This document shows positions 22,401 through 28,142 of a DNA stretch of 28,142 bases, piece after piece (positions within the stretch are counted from its first letter, which is position 1; every line of letters begins with the position of its first letter). The stretch comes from Azolla caroliniana (lineage: Eukaryota > Plantae > Polypodiophyta). The notes below the pieces were generated by a model, which was given only the letters and a program-made list of their open reading frames with translations, had not been told where the DNA came from and ran no database searches. Position numbers and translations under genes: made by a program. The stretch covers positions 1-28,142 of the forward strand of contig JBHGNT010000403.1 of assembly GCA_043228905.1 (NCBI GenBank), read 5' to 3'.

Positions 22401-24009
22401 GGTTGCGATGACGTCGATTTCGAACAGCCAAATGATCCGTGGGTGCTCATCTAGGTATGCCTCTAATTCTACATCCTCCACCCCAGCCAACATATTTATA
22501 TCTTCTGCGTATAATGGTGTTATACCCTTGGGTCGTGGCATACTTCCTTCCGTAGGTACACGAACCTTGGTGCGTCCGTGTCGGAAATTGATACATTTGT
22601 GTTGCCAGCTCTGCTTGATATTTGCTACCCGAAGCCATGGTCTGCCCAGAAGCACTAGGTACGCCCCTGGGGCGTCCAAGGCGAGGACAACCGCCGAGAT
22701 GTCAAAGCGATGTTCGCCCACGATAATGCCTATCTTGCGAATTAACTCCAATGGTCGTACTGAGCGGGCATCTTCCATTCGGAGCTAGAATGGGCAAGCC
22801 TCCCATTCTGAAATGCCTAACTGCTCGCAAGTTTTCGCGCTAATTACATTGACACCTGAGCCGCCATCGAATACGCATCCAGGAATTTCCTGTCCGTGTA
22901 ATATTAATGTAATAGCCGGGTTGTGCTGATCCACTACCGGCGGTCCGTCGTTAACGTCTGTAAGGTTTGTAGTGACGCTCACCTCGGGTATGCCCAGCAC
23001 CCATTCTTACATGGTCTGGCGGAAGTGTGGGACTAGCTGCAGTAGCTTCTCCATGGTTAACGTTATCTCACATCCCGCTAATGCCTGCCAAATGGGGTCC
23101 AGGACCAGTCCTTCGTCCTCTGCTCGCTCCCTCGCATTCGCGGACTCCTTCCGCAGGCACTCTGTATTGGTCGCGTTTGCTTTTTCCACCCATGCCTGGG
23201 CTTGTCGTCGTATCTCATCTTGTGCAGCCCAATCCGCCGTTTTTGTTTGCGGGCGTGTCGTGACTTGCTGCACTTCTGCCGTAATCGTATTGACGGCGGG
23301 CCCCTTGCCCTTGCATGTTGGGCATTGCGTGGCATAATGTTCGGGCTGCTCACAAATAAAACAATGGATGCTTGATTCACCCTTCTCGGCTCCTAGTGGT
23401 GTGTGCCGATCCCCTGGTGCGACTTGCTCCTCGCGGTCCGGCCTCGTTAGTCGGAACGCACGCGGTGGTTGTTGTTGGTCCCGTCGTTGTTCTTGGTGTC
23501 ACTCATCTCCTGAGCTTTCATCGTAACGCCGATGATCTTGATATTGTCGTGGCTTACCATGATAACCATTGAAGCCGCCACATTTGTTTGTCGGCCGGTG
23601 ATTGTCGTAGCGTCGGCCCCCTTTAGCATAACTCGGATGTCCACGATAATCCTTGTCCTCTGGTTCGTCTTCCTCGGAATCGTTGTGATTTCGGCGATTC
23701 CGGTGATGCCAGTCGTCCCATGGGTTGCGATCCATATACCGTGGTCGGTCTTCTTGCCTCCTTTGTTCAGTACGGCTTGGGGGACGCTGGGTGTCCATGC
23801 TGCAGACTGTGGGAGCGGCTTTGTTCAACATATTGTATTCGCATTGTTCGACTGTGTGAGCCTTCGAGTGGCAGATTGGGCAGTGGGTTCGCATATTGCA
23901 CTCCACTACGGAATGCCCTGAGTTCAAGCAAATCGTGCACTGGATTGTTTGACGAAATTGGCGTTCCTCGTCCTGGGCCAACGCTTGTCGTAAGGAGGAC
24001 ATAGAAAAC
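19401..24009 (-). pseudogene. Gypsy gag-pol in a single reading frame with six in-frame stops; gag 5' end lies beyond copia C
   Basis: Three CCHC knuckles; protease VFDGGSGVN; RT SPIVVVPKKNGK..LDGFSGYNQ..FLDDF; RNase H VFVDASDIAIG..YYASRKLS..DHSAL; integrase HHCC, KWGLDFVGP, SDQGSHF, NGLAE, WTGPY. All ORF-track fragments share one frame. Confidence 0.93.
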
Positions 24010-24347
24010 TGTTGAGCGGCAAGCTCAACCGGAGCCGGATCGGCTGAATAAGCCGGAGCCGGTAAGCGAGACGGATCGGGTGAAACGGATCGGTATTACG
24101 GTGAGCAACCGAACCGGCAAGCAGTGGAGGCCGGGTGCAATCCGTAACCGGAAGTCCAATCAGAAGCCTAGTATAGGATAGACTACTAGGTAGCTATAGT
24201 CTCGTAGTAAGTGTCAGATGCTCGTGTGAGCATTGAAGTACATGGTACTTCTATCAGTCCCAAGAGGACTTGTATAAATAGTGCTACTTAGCACAGTGTG
24301 TGTACACAGTTTTGATATAATTTTGAAATTGTGTTCTGCTCTCTCTA

Positions 24348-24389
<42 letters not shown>

Positions 24390-24428
24390 GTTCTCTGTTT
24401 TACGCTTCCGCAAACACTTACGTTCTCA
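24010..24428 (+). repeat. 5' LTR of copia C (419 bp)
   Basis: Starts TGTTG where gypsy coding sequence stops; TATAAATA at ~24274; long (CT)n tract; ends CA directly before the PBS. The partner LTR is not in the window. Confidence 0.8.
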
Positions 24429-24439
24429 TGGTATCAGAG
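24429..24439 (+). promoter_or_regulatory. Primer binding site, initiator tRNA-Met
   Basis: TGGTATCAGAG. Confidence 0.92.
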
Positions 24440-24522
24440 TGCAAGGGTTGAGAACCTTTGCTGCAGACATTTACTCTTGAGAAGAAAACCCTAACAGGTC
24501 GAAAACAGACACAGTAGAAGAC

Positions 24523-27500
24523 ATGGATAGAGGCATGGCTACGTCGCTCCCGGTGGAGAAGCTCGACAGGAGCAACTATGCATCATGGTCTTACAAGATG
24601 CACCAGTACTTGCTTGGACACGGGTACTGGAGTTATGTCGAAGGAGCGAATGATGCGGCGCCCGACTCGGCACACAAGGACTTCCCTGTATGGGAACAAG
24701 CGGCAAGCAGGGTGATGTACTGCTTCGCATCCAGTGTCGGCGATCAGCTCCTCAGCCACATCTGTGACGCCAAGACACCGAAGGATGCTTGGTTGAACCT
24801 GAAAAAGTTTTTCGCCGCAAGCACCACTCCCCGGAAGCTGCAACTCAGACAGGAGTTGAGCAATGTTCGACAGAAGAACATGGCCGTGGCAGATTACACG
24901 GGTCGGATAAAGGAAATCTGCGATTCGCTCGCCTCTATCAATGTTACCGTAGAGGAAGACGAGATGGTGCAGGTATGTCTCGGAGGCCTGGCGTCCAAGT
25001 TCGGAGCGTTTCGGACTGCGGTGTGTACAAGGGAGAATACCCCCTCATTCTTCGACTTACAGTCGATGCTCCTTGTAGAGGAGAACCACGCCGGTGCATC
25101 TACCAGTGCATCCCCGGACAGCCAAATGTTGTACACGGGAACGGATCGACTCTGTGGGCGTGGTGGAAGAGGTGGGTCGGCACGCCATGGAGGCGGCCGG
25201 CAAGAGCAGGAATGAAGGCACTATGAGTGTGCCGACAGCAGTTCCGGGACTTCCACAAGTAGGGGGAGTCAAGGCGGTGCCGGAGGCCGGCAAGACAAAT
25301 CCGCTACGAAATGCTGGTTTTGTGGCAAAAAAGGCCACAGGGAAAGTGAGTGCTGGAGAAAGCATGCCGATTCGGACAAATCCGGATCCGGCAAGACCGG
25401 TAAGGGTGGCTGGCAAAACTCGCACTACGCAAACGGAAAGGAGGATCCGGAACCGGAAAGGCCGGTAAGGGGCCAGCCTTGGTGATGAATCACAAGGCAA
25501 ACTCAATGAAGAAGACCACTTCCAAAACGGAGGAAGTGTGGTATGTTGATTCCGGCGCGTCGAACCACATGACGAGCCACAAAGAGTGGTTCTCCTTTCT
25601 GGAGAAACCGGATCAACCAGGAGTAGTCGAAACCGGAGACGACACTCCTCACCCAATCGTGCACGTCGGAGAAGTTCCTCTAAGCCACGTCGGACAGAAA
25701 GGGAAGCTGATGAACGTATTACACGTTCCGACAATCACGAAGAACCTGGTGTCTGTCGGTCAGATTGTCGACCAGGGGATGCAGGTGCGGTTTACGCACC
25801 TCGGGTGCTTCATTGAGGATGAGGGCGAAGTCATTGCGCAAGCGCGCAAAGACTAGAGGATGTTTATCCTCAACACCAATGACTTTGGCACCGCTCTGTT
25901 CGCGAATCGACAGAAGGTCGAGTCGGACATCGACCTGTGGCACAAGCAGATAGGCCACGTCAACTACCGGAGGCTTCAAGACCTGCAAACGAAACAAGTC
26001 GTTGTCGGTTGCCGAAGTTTAGCGGCCGGAGAGCCGAAATTTGTGAAGCCTGCCAACTTGGGAAGCAACACCGGCTTCCATTCCCCACCGAACGGAACCG
26101 GAGCCGTAACAAGCTCGATCTCATCCATTCGGATGTGTGGGGATCGACACAAAGTGTAAGCCTTGGCGGGAGCCAGTACTTCGTCTCCTTCATCGACGAC
26201 TATACTCGATATACTTGGATCTACCTCATTGAGCGGAAGAGCGAAGTCTTCGACTGTTTTCGGAGCCTCCAGAAGATGGTGGAACGGGAATCAGAGAGGA
26301 AGATCAAATGCCTTCGGTCGAATGGCGGAAAGGAATATTTTTCCGGCCAATTCACTAGTTATCTGCAGCAGAAGGGAATTCGGCGAGAGTTCAGCTGCAG
26401 ATACACACCGGAGCAAAATGGTGTGGCCGAAAGGAAGAACCGGACACTCGTCAAAGCGGCAAGGGCAATGCTGGAGGAAGAGAGCATGCCCCGGTTCTAC
26501 TGGGCGGAGGCGGTCCAGATAACCATCTACATACAAAACCGCATTGATGACAAGGTGTCAGCTCATGAGCTGTATTTCGGGTGCAAGCCGAACTTAAGAC
26601 ACCTTCGGATATTCGGCAGCATAGCGTATGTGCATGTGCCGGATCAGAAGCGGAGAAAGCTGGATGCAAAATCGGAAAAATGCATCCTAGTCGGCTATGC
26701 TCAAGAGCAAAAGGGGTATAAGTGCTATAACCCCCGGACGAAGGAAGTCCGAGTTAGCCGGGATGTCGAGTTTGATGAATCGGCATCCTGGTACTCCGTA
26801 CCGACTCCGACTTCTGATCCCAACCCAATGCCGGAAGATCAGGCCAGTGAGCCTGAATCAGCCCTGGCAGAGGATGATGAAGCCGGGACTCAAGATGAGA
26901 GTCCGGAATCGTTACGGTTGAGTGGACCGAACGAGCGACTGAGTCAGTTGGACCAGTCGGATGAAGAGACGGCAAGTGGTGGAGACTCTGCCGTGCTCTC
27001 CCCGCGCAAGGAACCGAGGAAACGGTTCACGCGCAAAGAGAAGGGGAAGAGGAAGATGCCGGAATTTGAAACCGGCAACGATGAGTCGGATCGGTGCGTA
27101 TCCGACTCCGGAAAGGAGAAAGGCGGATCTTCGGCAACGAAGACCGAACTGGCCAAGAAGGGCCTCAATTCAGGTGACGGTGCGTTGCGCCGATCAACCC
27201 GCCAGAAGGATCCCGTCATGCGGTACGGGTACAATGAATACATGGCGCATCATTATGCGTACATGACTAAAGTGACAGAAGTGCGTGAGCTGGAGAACTA
27301 CGCAGAAGAGGCAAAGTACGCAAATTGGCGTGCCGCTATGGACAAAGAAATGCGGGCACTCGATGCCAACGAAACTTGGAACCTAGTTGATCCTCCCCGT
27401 CACTATAAACCGATCGGATGCAAGTGGGTGTACAAGGTCAAGTATAACGCCGATGGTTCTGTTAACCAGTACAAAGCCCGCTTAGTGGCGAAGGGATACG

Positions 27501-28142
27501 CATAGACCCACGGAATCGACTGCGACGAGACCTTCGCTCCTGTGGCGAAGATGATGACGGTTCGTGTGGTACTGGCGGTTGTTGCGGCAAGGGGGTGGCA
27601 TCTTCACCAGATGGATGTGAAGAACGCCTTCCTTCAAGGCGAGCTTGAAGAAGAATTCTTTATGACTCAGCCCCCCGGATTTCAATCGGAGATGAACAAG
27701 CCGTAAAGCCCCCCGAGCTTTACGGCTTGAAGCAAGCCCCCCGAGCTTGGAACGCGAAGATCACGCACCGGTTGCGTAAGCTGGGGTTTGCTGTCTCTAA
27801 GTCGGACTCTTCATTGTTCATCCGGCAAGGCTCTGACGGTCAGGTATGTATACTCTTGTATGTGGATGATTTAGTCATCACTGTACCGGGTCTTCTCGAA
27901 ATCAACCACGTCAAGTCCCAGTTGTCGGACGCATTCGAAATGAAGGACCTGGGGGACCTTCATTATTTTCTTGGGATCGAAGTGATCCGGACCCCCGACG
28001 GCATATTGCTCTCACAACGACATTACGTGTTGAATATGCTGTATAAGTTCGGCATGACGGATTGCTGACCTGTCTCCACACCCCTGGACCGGAACCAGAA
28101 GCTCCGTCCCACCCTCGGATGGGCCTGCAATGAGAAACGGTT
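24523..28142 (+). pseudogene. gag-pol of copia C with several stops and frameshifts
   Basis: EKLDRSNYASWSYKM gag; CWFCGKKGHRESEC knuckle at 25312-25353; WYVDSGASNHM protease; LIHSDVWG..NGVAERKNR integrase; YKARLVAKG and LYVDDL RT. Stops at 25213, 25854, 27503 and 28066. Confidence 0.92.

Larger units (their letters stand above)
10259..24009 (-). mobile_element. Ty3/gypsy non-chromovirus LTR retrotransposon (Athila/Tat/Phygy/Selgy-related) with an extra 3' ORF; contains copia B and is cut in gag by copia C
   Basis: Domain order gag-PR-RT-RH-IN on the minus strand; RT FLDGFSGYNQ and FLDDF; no chromodomain. Copia A homology stops at ~10258, where TGTTAC begins. Confidence 0.88.
24010..28142 (+). 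mobile_element. Ty1/copia LTR retrotransposon C (related to A), truncated by the window end
   Basis: LTR plus PBS, then gag-PR-IN-RT in copia order; interrupts the gypsy gag. Confidence 0.93.

Overview
Eukaryotic land-plant genomic DNA. The left part (975-~4800, minus strand) holds one spliced host gene for a CTD small phosphatase-like protein (FCP1/SCP, NIF-family HAD phosphatase). I read six coding exons (about 488 aa), a probable 5'UTR intron and an upstream ORF whose stop overlaps the start codon. From 7712 to the window end is a nest of LTR retrotransposons. A decayed Ty1/copia element (A, +) is interrupted first by a solo LTR with a 5-bp TSD and then by a non-chromovirus Ty3/gypsy element (-). 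The gypsy element is interrupted by a complete, very young Tnt1/Tork-like copia (B, 11728-17279, TSD CTAAT) and by another copia (C, from 24010, running off the window). The most unusual item is a reconstructable ~1000-codon extra ORF downstream of gypsy pol. It has a globular N-terminal domain, a Pro/Thr linker and long coiled-coil-like segments, with no transmembrane helix I can see. All calls come from reading the sequence by eye; no searches or alignments were run.
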